IMG/VR virus record: IMGVR_UViG_3300039070_000050
Coordinates: 1-51,069 of that record
DNA length: 51,069 nt
Reading direction: 5' to 3' (one strand)
DNA from: a virus
Lineage: Duplodnaviria > Caudoviricetes
Both the position numbers and the translations under genes were made by a program. Positions 1-11,900 of this stretch are shown piece by piece. Under the pieces are notes generated by a model that was not told where the DNA came from, made no database searches, and saw only the letters and a list, made by a program, of their open reading frames with translations. Numbering within the stretch: the first letter of the stretch is position 1; each line of letters starts with the position of its first letter.

Positions 1-306
1 ACGCTAACAATTGACAATCCTTGCGATTCTGCTGGCATCTTAACGACTTTCTATAGCAAGATAACACTACCACAAGGAAAGATAATTATAAGGTCTTACA
101 GAGGCAAGATTCAAGCCACCGTAAACATCGACTCTATTAGGAGTGTATATGAGAAAAAGTATCGTTATATGGAAACTTCTGATGTTAAAAACTCTACTAA
201 AATTGTGACAAAAGTAACCTATCCATCGTGGCTAGTTACTGCATTTATATTAGAGAGTTTATTAATCATTGGATTCTTATACTTTAAGTATATATTTGGG
301 AGATAA
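1..306 (+). CDS. 5'-truncated membrane protein with C-terminal TM helix (possible spanin/lysis accessory protein)
   Basis: Frame 1 is open from the window start to TAA at 304-306 and ends PSWLVTAFILESLLIIGFLYFKYIFGR. Not in the ORF track. Function is inferred. Confidence 0.55.
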   Translation, partial: TLTIDNPCDSAGILTTFYSKITLPQGKIIIRSYRGKIQATVNIDSIRSVYEKKYRYMETSDVKNSTKIVTKVTYPSWLVTAFILESLLIIGFLYFKYIFGR

Positions 307-315
307 TTTAAACTT

Positions 316-453
316 ATGGCAAAGGCACTAAACGTAACAATATTTAAAAGTAAGCCCAAGAAGAATAACAAGGGTATTCACGCAAAGACAAAGACATCTT
401 CGGCTAAGGGTTCAAAAAATTATAGCAAACCATATAAAAAACAAGGAAGATGA
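316..453 (+). CDS. Small basic protein (45 aa)
   Basis: Manual translation MAKALNVTIFKSKPKKNNKGIHAKTKTSSAKGSKNYSKPYKKQGR. Its stop overlaps the next start (ATGA). Confidence 0.7.
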   Translation: MAKALNVTIFKSKPKKNNKGIHAKTKTSSAKGSKNYSKPYKKQGR

Positions 454-647
454 TGGGATACGGAGATAACAATTTTAGTATATATACCGAAGAGGATCTA
501 TACGAAATAAAAAGAATTTCAATGCTTAGTAATAAGCTAGATATATTATTGGATTCATTAGATGCCATTCAGGTTTTAAATGAAGCTAAATTTGATATAG
601 AAAATAAGATTGTTGAAAAACTATCAAAATTAATAGATTCATTGTAA
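450..647 (+). CDS. Hypothetical protein
   Basis: 65-aa ORF translationally coupled to the upstream ORF. Confidence 0.6.
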   Translation: MMGYGDNNFSIYTEEDLYEIKRISMLSNKLDILLDSLDAIQVLNEAKFDIENKIVEKLSKLIDSL

Positions 648-669
648 TATTTTTTGGGTTAAATGATTG

Positions 670-700
670 TAATGCCTCGGTTTAATAAGCTGGGGCATTA
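670..700 (+). terminator. Stem-loop, possible terminator
   Basis: TAATGCCTCGGTTT-AAT-AAGCTGGGGCATTA pairs with G-U wobbles. It is intergenic but lacks a clear U-tract. Confidence 0.4.
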
Positions 701-723
701 TCGTATATAAGAAAAAAAATTCA

Positions 724-731
724 TAACTTTG
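724..731 (+). promoter_or_regulatory. Bacteroidota-type -7 promoter box
   Basis: TAACTTTG matches TAnnTTTG, 20 bp upstream of the ATG at 752. Confidence 0.6.
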
Positions 732-751
732 GATAAATTAATTATAAACAA

Positions 752-1453
752 ATGGCAATTTCAATAAACGATGCCCATCAATTCATTCGCCAGATTCTTA
801 AAAAGAATAAGGGCGGATTTATTGCGCCAGAAGAAATAGATAGAGCAATAAATCGTGGTGTTTCAGATTGGTTGAGCGCTGTTATAACAAAATTTAGACG
901 TACTGGTAAATTTGAATACGATCATCTTTTAGTTAAAAGATCTAATTTTACCGTTGCTGCTAATACAGGAACACAATCTTTGTCTGGGGCTGCTTCTGAT
1001 TACATTGAAGGATTAACTATTTATATTACCGAAACAGGTGGTACGCCTGTAGAAGGAACTTTACTTAATTGGGATGAATTTTTGGAAATACAAAATTCTA
1101 AAATTTTACCCCCTACAACATCTTTCCCTGTAGCAACTATATATATACTTTTTGAAGACTCAGCAAATATTCCTAAAATTCAATTTTCTCCGGTACCTGT
1201 AAGCGGGACATATACTTATACGCTAGTATATGTAAGAAAACCTCCTGCAGCAGTATTTGCATATAACTTTAATAGCACGACAGGAAACTTTACTTATAAT
1301 TCAACAGGTAGCGTAGATATTGATATTTCAGATAGATACTATACGGATATAATTACTCGTGCATTAATGTATTTAGGAATTTCATTAAGAGATGGAGATG
1401 TCGCAGGTGTTGAAGGGTTAATGGATCAAAATCAGCGTTCAGATGAAAGATAA
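752..1453 (+). CDS. Putative head-tail adaptor / tail ring protein
   Basis: 233 aa. The N-terminal 'I..EEID.AIN' and 'YVRKP' patterns resemble crAss-like tail ring/tubular proteins. First of three similar-sized genes before the nozzle. Confidence 0.6.
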   Translation: MAISINDAHQFIRQILKKNKGGFIAPEEIDRAINRGVSDWLSAVITKFRRTGKFEYDHLLVKRSNFTVAANTGTQSLSGAASDYIEGLTIYITETGGTPVEGTLLNWDEFLEIQNSKILPPTTSFPVATIYILFEDSANIPKIQFSPVPVSGTYTYTLVYVRKPPAAVFAYNFNSTTGNFTYNSTGSVDIDISDRYYTDIITRALMYLGISLRDGDVAGVEGLMDQNQRSDER

Positions 1454-1455
1454 TT

Positions 1456-2109
1456 ATGGCAACTACTAAGAATAAAATTTCAGAACAGGTACAGAGGTTA
1501 TACGCCAGGTTTATTGATAAAAATAATCCTTCAGATATAATTGACATTAGAGAAGTAACAATTATTGTAGAACAATCTATAAACAAAGTTTTAAAACTTC
1601 AGGTTGCTGATTCATTTAAAGCTGGGATGTATGATGTTCCTAGGTGTAATTTAATAGAATACAGTTGTGCGGTAACAGCGGACTCGTCAAATAATCGTGC
1701 ATATATTACACTTCCATCAATACCTTTAACTTTGCCTATGGATATGGGCATATGGAGTATTGCAGCATTAACTGCAGCAAGAACCCCTTATATCCCAATC
1801 CCAGCACAAGATGTATTAGTATTTGGTAACATTTCTGATGGGGCTAATGTAAGTTATTTAGAAGGGCAAGTAGGATATTATGTTCAAGGTAAATTAGTAT
1901 ACTTTACAAAAGATATCACTTTAGCTGGGAATGGCTCAATTACTACTGTAAAAGTAAATCTACTTGTATCTGATTTCTCAGTATTAAACGGGAATGATTT
2001 ACTTCCTATTTCTCCTGAGGTAGAATCAGCTGTAATTTCAGATGCTTTAGAAACAATAAGTAATGGTAGAGTTTCTCAGGCAGAATTAGCTGTTAAACAA
2101 CAACAATAA
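1456..2109 (+). CDS. Putative tail ring/structural protein
   Basis: 217 aa; position in the tail cluster. Confidence 0.55.
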   Translation: MATTKNKISEQVQRLYARFIDKNNPSDIIDIREVTIIVEQSINKVLKLQVADSFKAGMYDVPRCNLIEYSCAVTADSSNNRAYITLPSIPLTLPMDMGIWSIAALTAARTPYIPIPAQDVLVFGNISDGANVSYLEGQVGYYVQGKLVYFTKDITLAGNGSITTVKVNLLVSDFSVLNGNDLLPISPEVESAVISDALETISNGRVSQAELAVKQQQ

Positions 2110-2111
2110 TT

Positions 2112-2870
2112 ATGAAAACTAAATCACTAAATATAATTGTTCGCGATGCTCTTTTAGACAATGGGCTTCCATTGCATTATTATACTCGTTATTTACATCA
2201 TGCGCTACGCATTACAGATGAGTTATCAATGGATTACAATATGGGTAACATTAAAATGGTTAAGTTAAATTTAACAAGTTACCAGAGAGCAGTACTACCT
2301 AATGATTTTATTGATCTTGTAGATGTTTCTGCAAAACAAGGAGAACGATTACTTCCATTAGAGAGAGATCGTACTTTAAATAAAATGTACAATTATGATG
2401 TGAGTGGAAATAGAATTCCATACCCTTTTGATACTACATTAAATTATGATTCAGAATTTAATTACAACTTAATTTCAGGTGGTAATAATTTAAATACAAG
2501 GGGAGAATTAATTGGCAGATATTATGGTAAGCAACGTAAACCGTTATTAATGTATGATATCGATACTATTAATTCTGAAATTGTTTTCTCTAATACAACA
2601 ACGTTTACCGAAATTACTTTGGTATATATTTCGTCTGCGGTAAGTAAATCTTCTGCAAACTTGGTTACTCCATATGCTACAGATGTAATTACAAAGTATG
2701 TACAAATGAAAGCTACTCAAGTAGATGGAGGTAGAATTGGAATGCTTCAAATATATAAGCAAGACTTTGAAAATGCTAGACGTATATTTCGTGCTAGGAT
2801 GAATTCAATGGATTACGCTGAAATGGTTGGATTGATTAGAAAAGGTATCCATGGTAGTTTGAAGAATTAA
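2112..2870 (+). CDS. Putative tail ring/tubular protein
   Basis: 252 aa with an 'LPNDFIDL' (LP.DF) motif typical of tail tubular/adaptor proteins. Confidence 0.55.
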   Translation: MKTKSLNIIVRDALLDNGLPLHYYTRYLHHALRITDELSMDYNMGNIKMVKLNLTSYQRAVLPNDFIDLVDVSAKQGERLLPLERDRTLNKMYNYDVSGNRIPYPFDTTLNYDSEFNYNLISGGNNLNTRGELIGRYYGKQRKPLLMYDIDTINSEIVFSNTTTFTEITLVYISSAVSKSSANLVTPYATDVITKYVQMKATQVDGGRIGMLQIYKQDFENARRIFRARMNSMDYAEMVGLIRKGIHGSLKN

Positions 2871-2895
2871 CAAACAAGAATTTAACATTTAACAA

Positions 2896-5800
2896 ATGGC
2901 TAAGGTAACTCTCAGAGCATCAGGTGGTTTAAATAAAGATATAGATCCAAATAATTTACCTGAGGGAGATTATTCGGATGCAAATAATATTGTTTTTGAT
3001 ACAGGTAAAGCGGGTGGAGCGGGAGCAGTAAGAATGCTAGAATCTTTTGCTGCTACAGGAATTACTTACCCGGATTCAGTAAAAGCCACATTTCAGAATG
3101 CTGACGGATTTATATATGTACTAACAAAGAATGCAACAAAAGCTGCTATTCATAGAATTAATACAACAATAAGTACATCTACTCAGTTGTTTATTTATAC
3201 GCATGGAGTTACAACAGATTTTGTTCCTGACTTAGTTGTACTTGGGACTTCAGTGGTTTGGAATTATTGTGAATCAGGAACTGTATTAATCCACTCACTA
3301 GATCGTACAGTTTCCGGAGGAGAATATACTACTTTAGCGGACTTAAAGCTTCAAAAGAAAACGCCTAATAATGTTATTACTATTCAGAAATATTTAACGG
3401 GAGGCAACTCTGTTGAATTTCTAGAAGCAAATGATTTTCAGTTTGCATCTAGATATAAATATGATTCTGGAGAATTTTCTGTATTAAGTAATTATTCCCA
3501 AATGTATAAAGGGGAAAAAGGTACAGTTAAATATGTTATTGCATTTGATTTTTCTGGGACGCCTACTTATGTAACAGAGATTGAAATTTATGTAAGAATT
3601 GGTAATATAGGGACGTGGAGGAGAATGGTAACTCAATTAAGAAGTGTTGCAGATTCTGTTACATGGGTTGGGCAGATTTACGAAAGTTTAGATTTAATTA
3701 CATCTTCTAAATCATTTGATGCGGTTCCTGTTAATGCGAATCATATTGAGGTTGCTAAGAATAGATTATTTTTAGCTAACATCCAGGATGATTATACTGC
3801 AGACAATGCAAATAAATTAACATTTACTGTTACTGATGGATATGCATTAGGGACTGCCGGAAATTCAAAGTCTTATATAACAGGAGCTTCTGGATCAACT
3901 TATTCTGCAACTAGTTCTGAAACAACAGCAAACGGAAGCGGATATGTTAAGCCTTTAGCAAATAATTCAACATATGATGTTGGTATAGCGTTTTACGATG
4001 AAGCATTAAAAACTAGAGGAGTTGAAGCTTATTCAAAGATTCAAACAGGAAAGTTTGCTTATCCAATTATTCCAAATATAGCTGTAGTCCCTGCTTCTGG
4101 ATGGGTTAAACCACCATGGGCTAAATATGCTCAATTGGTTTACACAAAAAATAAAGAGAAGTCTTTTATATTTGAAGGGTTTGCTAGTAATATTTATTTT
4201 GAAATAGAGATTACAGAAAAAAATGCAATCACAAAAGAAGAAACAACTTTTGACGGACCAAGACAATCTATCACAATAGATGACGTTAAAAAAGTCAAAT
4301 ACCTAGTTGTTGACATTATGGGAATGTATAAGACGGGACAGTATTATACATATCAAAAAGGTGATAAAATATCTATTAACACTGGCACTGATGCCGGGTT
4401 ATTAGAAATGGACATCTATAGTCAAAAGGATAATTTAATTTATTGCATATACACTAAAGGAGTGGCTGTGACTATGCCAGCAGTCCCTGTTCCGGCAAAT
4501 TTATTCTTTGAAATATATACGCCAAAACAAATTCAAGAAGAGCAGGACTTAGTGTTTTATGAATCTGGAAGTCTTGTGGATATTAGTACTTGGGCTGTTG
4601 GTACTGGAACTACATTCTCTGGAGATGGATTACTTAATTCAACTAAGTTTATTGGGGATATGGTGTTCACTAAACTATCTATTCCTACATACAAAACAGA
4701 GCCATTTAAATCAAACTTAGAAATCACTGATCCTCAGGTTGTTGTTTTAAATAGAACTACAGAGGTATATTGTGCGATGAGTTCTGAAATTGTTGACGAT
4801 TATTCTTATGATGTTCAAGAATTAGAAAAGACGCAAAAGATAAGTCCATTATTTACAACTATAGGAACAGGTGCTACAAATCAAGATGGGGCTGTAATAT
4901 TAGATGCAAATAAGGTACCTGTAACGGGAGGTGCTTCAGGTCCAACATTTAGATTGGCTAATTTTTATATTAACTCTAAACAGGACCCTACATCAAGTTT
5001 TATTTCAGTAGAATACAATCTTAAGGTTACATATAGTATAAATTATATAACAAGATTTGATGGATTAGATCCTTCTGGTGACTGGACATATTATTTAAAA
5101 TCTCAGATAATGAGAGTCCCTTATGATAATAAAAAGAATGTTTATTTAGATGCGGTAAAATTTGGTAGGGCAGAAACATTCCCAGGAAACGTCGGAACTT
5201 ATGCTAATCCAACAGGTACACTAGCATTAGGCGGAGTACATAAATTAATTTTACCCACTGATATAAATGTAGACATTAACGCAAATGATCAATTTTACAT
5301 TGATTTATCATTTGTATATATATTACAAGGGGAGGTTTCAACTGGCTCTATTTTATTATCAAAAGCTACTTCAGGGCAGGCTGTTACATTTAAAATAGTA
5401 GCAAACAAAACAGAAGCAAAAATAACTAGTATATATAATACCAATACAGAATTAAATACTACTAACTCTAATTTTATAGTTAGAAATATTTCAAACGCAA
5501 CAACAAATCCAAGTTGGAATACTTCTTCTGGGAAGCCACTAGTTCTTGCTTCTAAGGTAGTTTCTCCTAGGAGAACTAATACTATTAGGTATTCAGGTAA
5601 TTATGTCCCTGGAACTAAAATAAATAACCTTAATTCATTCTTTGCGTTAGATAGTAATGATGTCCCAATTGAAAACGGAGATATTATGTCACTACAAAGA
5701 GCTTCAAGGCTACAAGGCAATGGAGCAATGTTACTTGCAATGAGTAAAAGGGAATGTAGTTATATATTCTTAGGGGAACAAGAATTATCTCAGGGCAATA

Positions 5801-6633
5801 ATGCTTCAATTAGGGCCTTAACAGCTAACTTAATTGGTACCATTAGAAGTATGGGGGACGGGATTGGCTTGCAGGATAAAGCATCTGTAATGAATTATAA
5901 AGGTGTTATTTGGTGGTGGGATGATTTTACTAAAAAGGTTGCAAAATATACAGATCAAGGGATTGAAATTATTAGTGATATTTTCATGAAATCTTATTTT
6001 AGAGAACAAGGAGGTGCTTCTAATTCAGCTAACTTTGCATATGATCCATTTTACAACATGGTTACAATTGGATTTAATTCATCGGGATCATCTGTTGGAT
6101 ATTCTGATAACTTAAAGAGATGGGTATCGTTCTATAATTTTAGAACTGGATTTGCAGAAAGTTATGGCGATAGAATGGTTTTAATTAAAGACAATATTGT
6201 TTACTTGTCTTTACAAAGTGGGTATAATACATTCTTTAATGGTACTACTTATGACAGTTCAATTACATTTCTATTAAATAGCAAATACCCTGTAATGCCT
6301 AGAAATTTATCTATTTGGCATAATATGAACGTTACTGACTATACGCAATCAAATTATGTTAAATCAGGTATACTATCCATTGACATTACAAATGAAAATA
6401 ATCAAGTAAGTAAGTTATTACCATCTAATTTTCTTGTTGAAGATAATAGGCTGTATGCTCATGTTTTAAGAGATAAGAATACTACAGGAACTATTGTAGA
6501 ATCTAATTTAATAACAGGTAATTATATTGTGGGGTATTTGAATAAATTTGTTTTAAATTTGTTAGATAGAAGCCAAAGTATGAAAATAAATTCAATTGAT
6601 ATAGAAGTAGAACCTGTATCAGGACATTCGTAA
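2896..6633 (+). CDS. Tail nozzle/muzzle (stabilization protein, P22 gp10-like role)
   Basis: 1245 aa, beta-rich. The N-terminal 'GGLNKDIDP..LPEGDY.DA.N' and 'NRLFLAN' motifs are characteristic of crAss-like stabilization proteins. Confidence 0.7.
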   Translation: MAKVTLRASGGLNKDIDPNNLPEGDYSDANNIVFDTGKAGGAGAVRMLESFAATGITYPDSVKATFQNADGFIYVLTKNATKAAIHRINTTISTSTQLFIYTHGVTTDFVPDLVVLGTSVVWNYCESGTVLIHSLDRTVSGGEYTTLADLKLQKKTPNNVITIQKYLTGGNSVEFLEANDFQFASRYKYDSGEFSVLSNYSQMYKGEKGTVKYVIAFDFSGTPTYVTEIEIYVRIGNIGTWRRMVTQLRSVADSVTWVGQIYESLDLITSSKSFDAVPVNANHIEVAKNRLFLANIQDDYTADNANKLTFTVTDGYALGTAGNSKSYITGASGSTYSATSSETTANGSGYVKPLANNSTYDVGIAFYDEALKTRGVEAYSKIQTGKFAYPIIPNIAVVPASGWVKPPWAKYAQLVYTKNKEKSFIFEGFASNIYFEIEITEKNAITKEETTFDGPRQSITIDDVKKVKYLVVDIMGMYKTGQYYTYQKGDKISINTGTDAGLLEMDIYSQKDNLIYCIYTKGVAVTMPAVPVPANLFFEIYTPKQIQEEQDLVFYESGSLVDISTWAVGTGTTFSGDGLLNSTKFIGDMVFTKLSIPTYKTEPFKSNLEITDPQVVVLNRTTEVYCAMSSEIVDDYSYDVQELEKTQKISPLFTTIGTGATNQDGAVILDANKVPVTGGASGPTFRLANFYINSKQDPTSSFISVEYNLKVTYSINYITRFDGLDPSGDWTYYLKSQIMRVPYDNKKNVYLDAVKFGRAETFPGNVGTYANPTGTLALGGVHKLILPTDINVDINANDQFYIDLSFVYILQGEVSTGSILLSKATSGQAVTFKIVANKTEAKITSIYNTNTELNTTNSNFIVRNISNATTNPSWNTSSGKPLVLASKVVSPRRTNTIRYSGNYVPGTKINNLNSFFALDSNDVPIENGDIMSLQRASRLQGNGAMLLAMSKRECSYIFLGEQELSQGNNASIRALTANLIGTIRSMGDGIGLQDKASVMNYKGVIWWWDDFTKKVAKYTDQGIEIISDIFMKSYFREQGGASNSANFAYDPFYNMVTIGFNSSGSSVGYSDNLKRWVSFYNFRTGFAESYGDRMVLIKDNIVYLSLQSGYNTFFNGTTYDSSITFLLNSKYPVMPRNLSIWHNMNVTDYTQSNYVKSGILSIDITNENNQVSKLLPSNFLVEDNRLYAHVLRDKNTTGTIVESNLITGNYIVGYLNKFVLNLLDRSQSMKINSIDIEVEPVSGHS

Positions 6634-6647
6634 ATAAATAAAATATT

Positions 6648-7445
6648 ATGGATCCATTAACCATAGGTGCGTTAGCAGTTGGAGGATTAGCCAAAGTTGG
6701 CTCTGCGTTATTTCAAGTAGGTGCTACAAAAAAAGCTATTCAAGCTCAAAGTTCTTTCGCAAATGCTCAAAGAGATCGGCTTACTAGCGGTTTTACTAGT
6801 TTAGCAGATTTAGTTAAACAACAAGATGTTTATAAGGGCGATACAACTCCTTATGCTCAAATGACTGCTGAAGCAAAACTTCAACAACTTGCCGCGAATA
6901 GAGGTGGTAGAGTTATGGGAGAAGATATTGCTAAAGAACAATTGAGACAATCTTCTGCAAATGCATTTAGACAAGGTGCACAAGGTGCAAGATCCGGAGT
7001 TGATATAATGAACTTAGCTGGTTTAAACCAAAGTATTTTAGGTAGCCAAGAGTTAGATATTGAGAAGCAATCAATGCAAACTCAAACTGCTATGCAAATG
7101 CAGAAAGATCAACAGTTAACCGCGGCAATGGCTCAGGAAGCTGCTGCAAAAGCAAGAGAAAGGGGACTAGAATTTACCTCATTTAATGCAAGGCAAAATG
7201 CTTTACTAGGGGTTGAACAGGGTAGGCTACAAAGTTCATTAGGACAAGAAAATATGTTTTATGGGCAGGAAGCTAGACTAGCAGGTGGTTATGCTGATGC
7301 CCAAGCTGCTGTAATGAGTGGTGTTGGAGATATTGGCTTAGGGCTAGGTAAAAGTATGATGGCTAATACTGCTGCTACTGCTCAAATGGATAACTTAAAA
7401 TTAATGTTACAAGCGAATGGCTGGAGTTTACCTGGCAGAAAATAA
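6648..7445 (+). CDS. Putative ejection/internal virion protein
   Basis: Hydrophobic Gly/Ala N-terminus (MDPLTIGALAVGG), Ala/Gln-rich helical body, located directly after the nozzle gene. Confidence 0.6.
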   Translation: MDPLTIGALAVGGLAKVGSALFQVGATKKAIQAQSSFANAQRDRLTSGFTSLADLVKQQDVYKGDTTPYAQMTAEAKLQQLAANRGGRVMGEDIAKEQLRQSSANAFRQGAQGARSGVDIMNLAGLNQSILGSQELDIEKQSMQTQTAMQMQKDQQLTAAMAQEAAAKARERGLEFTSFNARQNALLGVEQGRLQSSLGQENMFYGQEARLAGGYADAQAAVMSGVGDIGLGLGKSMMANTAATAQMDNLKLMLQANGWSLPGRK

Positions 7446-7452
7446 TAAAATT

Positions 7453-8907
7453 ATGGCAGATAATTATTCATATAATCCATCAGCAAATATCCGACAAACA
7501 TTCAAGGATATTAGCGGTAGCATGGAAGATATTTTCACTCATATAGTTGAGCAGAAGCAACGCGACTATTCTCTTGTTTCAAATATGGCTGCTAATATTG
7601 AATCTTTGAAAGAAAAGGTTAATATGTATGGACGCCAAGATATAACTAATAAAGCGAATAATTTAGTTCAAGATTTAGCTAGTGCAATAAAACCCGATGG
7701 GACATTGGATCACGCTAAACTTGCTATGGCTACACAAGCTGTAACAAGGATTAAGCAAGAAAAACAAGCTTGGGAAGATAAAGCTGAATTAGAGAAATCT
7801 ACATTAACAAATTTAATTGCACAAAAGGATTTTATTCCTAATATGCAAAAAGCGGTTAATGATGTTAGGAAGATTACTATGGACCCAAATATTCTTAATC
7901 CGCAAGATGCTCAAAGACATTACGGAAATGCTATTGAGAATAATCTTAATGAGATGAGTATTTTAAATCAAACGTATCAAACAATACGCCCTAAGGCACC
8001 TATTAATGGCGTTGTTAAAAATCCTGATGGGAGTTATACATCTTGGAAAGGACAAACATACCAAGGAATGGTATATGATCCAAAGACTAAAATTTCTTCT
8101 CGTCCTGCAATGACAATGGTTCCTGGTCCTAATGGTACTCAGGTCCCTATTCCAACAAAAGATTACGATTATCAATTAATGGAAAAAAATCATCCGGAAG
8201 TTATTGATATGTTAGTAAGAAAGGCGGGTCCAGGAGCTGATTTAATCCCAATGGAAAATCGCAGGAAAGAAATATTGAATATGAATATCGATAAGCTTTC
8301 AAGTGATGTAACAGAATCGTTTATTAAACCACCGGCTCCTAAAAGAGCTGCCGCTGCAAAAACTTCTGGCGGGACTGAATTAGTATCTTCTTCTTTAATT
8401 ACTATTCCAGGAGTAGGTCCAGCAAATTCTCAATCTTTAGGCAAAAATGTTAAACTTAAAATAGGACCTACAACACAAGCTATTGCTTCTGAAATTGGTA
8501 GAGCTTCTGATGGGAATTTTTATGCCAATATTTTAATAGACGAAAGCGGTAATCCTTGGCAAGATGAAAATAATTTACAAGGAGCTAAAACTGTTTGGAA
8601 GAAAATGGGATTAAATCCTGCTGAATTAAAATCTGTTATAGGAACAACTTCCGCAATGGCTTTTCCTGAAAAATTAAAAGGGAAAATGGCTAGTTCTATC
8701 TTGAATTTAAAAACCCCTAAAGGAGCTACTCCTCAAGCAAACACTCCTCCTCCTGCAGGTGGAGCTAATCCTGCTACCGTAGTAGGTAAAACTCCAAGCG
8801 GAACTGTTGTTACAGAAGGGATGATTAAAACAGCTCTTGAAGCTAGAAAAACTAGTGGCAAACCTATTTCGAGAGAAGATTATATCAAAGAGAAGAAAAT
8901 TAAGTAG
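7453..8907 (+). CDS. Putative ejection/cargo protein
   Basis: The ORF track starts at 7417; the ATG at 7453 (MADNYS) follows an A-rich leader and avoids overlap. Helical N-terminal half; lies between the ejection gene and the giant protein. Confidence 0.55.
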   Translation: MADNYSYNPSANIRQTFKDISGSMEDIFTHIVEQKQRDYSLVSNMAANIESLKEKVNMYGRQDITNKANNLVQDLASAIKPDGTLDHAKLAMATQAVTRIKQEKQAWEDKAELEKSTLTNLIAQKDFIPNMQKAVNDVRKITMDPNILNPQDAQRHYGNAIENNLNEMSILNQTYQTIRPKAPINGVVKNPDGSYTSWKGQTYQGMVYDPKTKISSRPAMTMVPGPNGTQVPIPTKDYDYQLMEKNHPEVIDMLVRKAGPGADLIPMENRRKEILNMNIDKLSSDVTESFIKPPAPKRAAAAKTSGGTELVSSSLITIPGVGPANSQSLGKNVKLKIGPTTQAIASEIGRASDGNFYANILIDESGNPWQDENNLQGAKTVWKKMGLNPAELKSVIGTTSAMAFPEKLKGKMASSILNLKTPKGATPQANTPPPAGGANPATVVGKTPSGTVVTEGMIKTALEARKTSGKPISREDYIKEKKIK

Positions 8908-8942
8908 ATTGAGTAAAAGCGTATTAAATAAAAATTAATATA

Positions 8943-11900
8943 ATGGCTGAATTAAATTCAACAACCCCTCCAATAGATATCACTTCTGAAGATTTATTAA
9001 CTACAGATACTAATTTACTTACAACTCAAGAAGAAAAGCCTAAAGCAAAACCTGCTAGTACTACTGGTATGGTGCAGATGGCTCCTCAGGAAGAAACTTT
9101 ATCAAAAGAAGAATTAGCTAAGAAATTTATTTCAAAGCCAGTTCAAGTAATTGAAAAGAAAAAAGCCGAGCCAGCATCTACTGCTGTCAAAAAACCAGTT
9201 GAAGCAAAAGTAGCTGTTCAAGATATAACTTCTAAAGCAGGCGTTGAGGGGAATATATTAATTCCAGGAAGTTCTATTAAGCAATACGAATCAAAGCAAC
9301 TTGAAAGTTTATTAAAAGGCAAAGGTCCTGGACCTCAAAATGTAAAATATGAGTTAAGTAAATTTGCTGGGAAAGATGCCACTGAAATTAATTGGGAGGA
9401 ATACGGTAAAGTAGCTGATAAGGAAGCATTAAAAGAATCAAGAGAGGCAGCTAAGAAACTTATTGAAAATGATATTAATGCAGAAGATATGCATGATATT
9501 AGCCCGACATTTGATTTTGTGGTTACGCCTGCATTACAATTACTTAGCTCACTTACGCCTAATGCATTAAAATCTGGAGGAGCAATGGCTGCTGCCGGGT
9601 TAACAAATATGCTTGCATTAGGTACAAAATATTTTGAAGACGCTAAAAAAGAGGGTCCTATTGGAGCTGCAGCAGCGGCAGGTGTAGAACCAGAACCTGC
9701 TACAAAATTACAAGCAGGCGAATATGGTTTGTCGGATGATTTATTTGAATTAGGGCAAAAGTTTTCTAAAGCAAGTGAGAAATACATGATGGTTGCCGAA
9801 ATGAATTCGGGAATTAAAGATGAAAATATTGGAAAAGATCCGGTAGCCTTACTTACATCATCTAAGCAAGGAGATGTATGGGACGGAATGAAAAAGCTTG
9901 GATTAAGTGTATTGCAACAATTACCTCAATTGGCTTTAATGGCTACATCTGGAGGATCTACTGCAGGGATAATTGCAAGTTCTGCCGTATTAGAAACAGG
10001 GGGCGAATTAGGGCAAGTTTATAAAGAAGAAGGACAAATCTCTAATTTAAAGGCAGTAACAAGTATAGTTAAAGGAGGACTTTCAGGCTTGATTGAAGGA
10101 TTATTCCCTGGTGACATTGTTGCCTTAAGAAAATATGGCACCTCTGTTGTTAAATTAGGACAAAGTGCCGCAAAAACAGAAATGCAAGATTATCTTAAAA
10201 AAAGGGGCAAAAAAGCATTACAAGATGAAATATATAGAACATATGCTAAACCGTTAGTAAATGTATTTAAAGGTGCATTAGGAGAAGGAGGCGAAGAGGT
10301 ATTAACTGCTGTAGCTAAATTTGCTGTAGATACAATTGAAAAGGGGGAATTTGACAACAAAGCATATCAGAAAATGATAAGTGATGCTCAAAATGGAGCT
10401 TTAGTTGGTTTTGCTACAGGTGGTGTTGTTATGGGACCTACATTAATTGGTTCTGTTACAAAGTTGACGCCTGATCAAAAAGATATGATTGGAAGGTATA
10501 AGGAAATCGTAAACGATACTTCTTTATCTGAACAAACTAGGAATACCGCTAAAAAACAAATTGATGACATTGTTAAATATAGTGCAGAGCAATCTGCTAA
10601 AAGATACGCTTTAATTGCATCCTTACCTATTCAAAAAAGAAAGGTAGCAATTGATCTTATGGGTAAGATTCAAGCCTTACAGCAAGACAAAGGAAAGGTT
10701 AAGAATGTAGATACTGAAGCGCAGATTGATAAAAATATTACTAAACTAAATAATGAATTTGGGCAAGTAATTCTTGATCACGCAATTGAGACACAACAAG
10801 AAGCTCAAAAAGAAGCAGAAGTAAAAGCCAAAGAGAAAGCAGATAATAAAGCTACTAGATTACAAGCAGGCGAGTCTGAAGAGGTAATGAAAGAAACTGT
10901 TGAAATAGACAGCAATTTACCTAATACTAATTACGATTTATTTAAAGGCAAAACTAAAGAGCAACTGCAAGCTATTGCTAATTTGAATGCGGCAATGCAA
11001 TCAATTGATCCTGACGCTAAAATGGTATTCTATGCAGATGCCGATGCGATGTATCAAGGATTAGTTGATAGTGGACTATCTGTAAAGGAAGCTCGTGAAA
11101 AAGCATATGGTAATGCGGTAAACGATCAAGCGTCTGGTGTTGTGACAGAGAATAAAGGATACAATCCTATTGTCCATATTAACAACGAGATATTTACCGA
11201 AGATACTATTGGACACGAAGTAGGGCACGTTGCATTAATGAAGTTAGCTAATGAAAATCCTGCGGCATTTATTGAGATGCGTGATAAGATTTTAGGCTTA
11301 ATGAAAGATAGTCAATCTAAGCCATTGGTTGATTTTGCAAATAGCTACGGTAGAGATATTACTGGAGAGTTATTGCAAAACGATCAAGCAAATCAATCTA
11401 GAGCTGAAGAGTTTATAACTCAAATGATTGGGGCTATGACTGCTGGAGATGCTAAGATTGAGCAAACATTACTTCAGCAAATAGCTCTTGCTTTAAGAGA
11501 TTTCTTATTAGCAATTGCTGATGGTATTCAAAGCCCTTCTTTAAGAGGTGTTATTGATTCTGCATTTGCAAATACTACATCCGGAGAAGAATTAGTTAAA
11601 TACTTTGAAGGATTGGCTCAAGCATTTAAAACCGGTGGTAAGGTAGATGTATCTTATTTAAAGACATTTGTACCTCTAACCCCTACGCAAGAATCAAGGA
11701 TGCAAGGATTAACTCCAGGCAGTGAAGCATATCATGAAGCACAACGCTTAAATGCAATTGATAACCATGTTATTGTGGGTAATCCAACGATGGAAGCGGA
11801 TCAATCTTTGCCAACTGAGGGTGCTGAAACTACTGCTAAATCACAGATTAAAGAAGGTAACTTTTCTGACTCACAAGACTTTAAGAAATTCTTAAGGGTT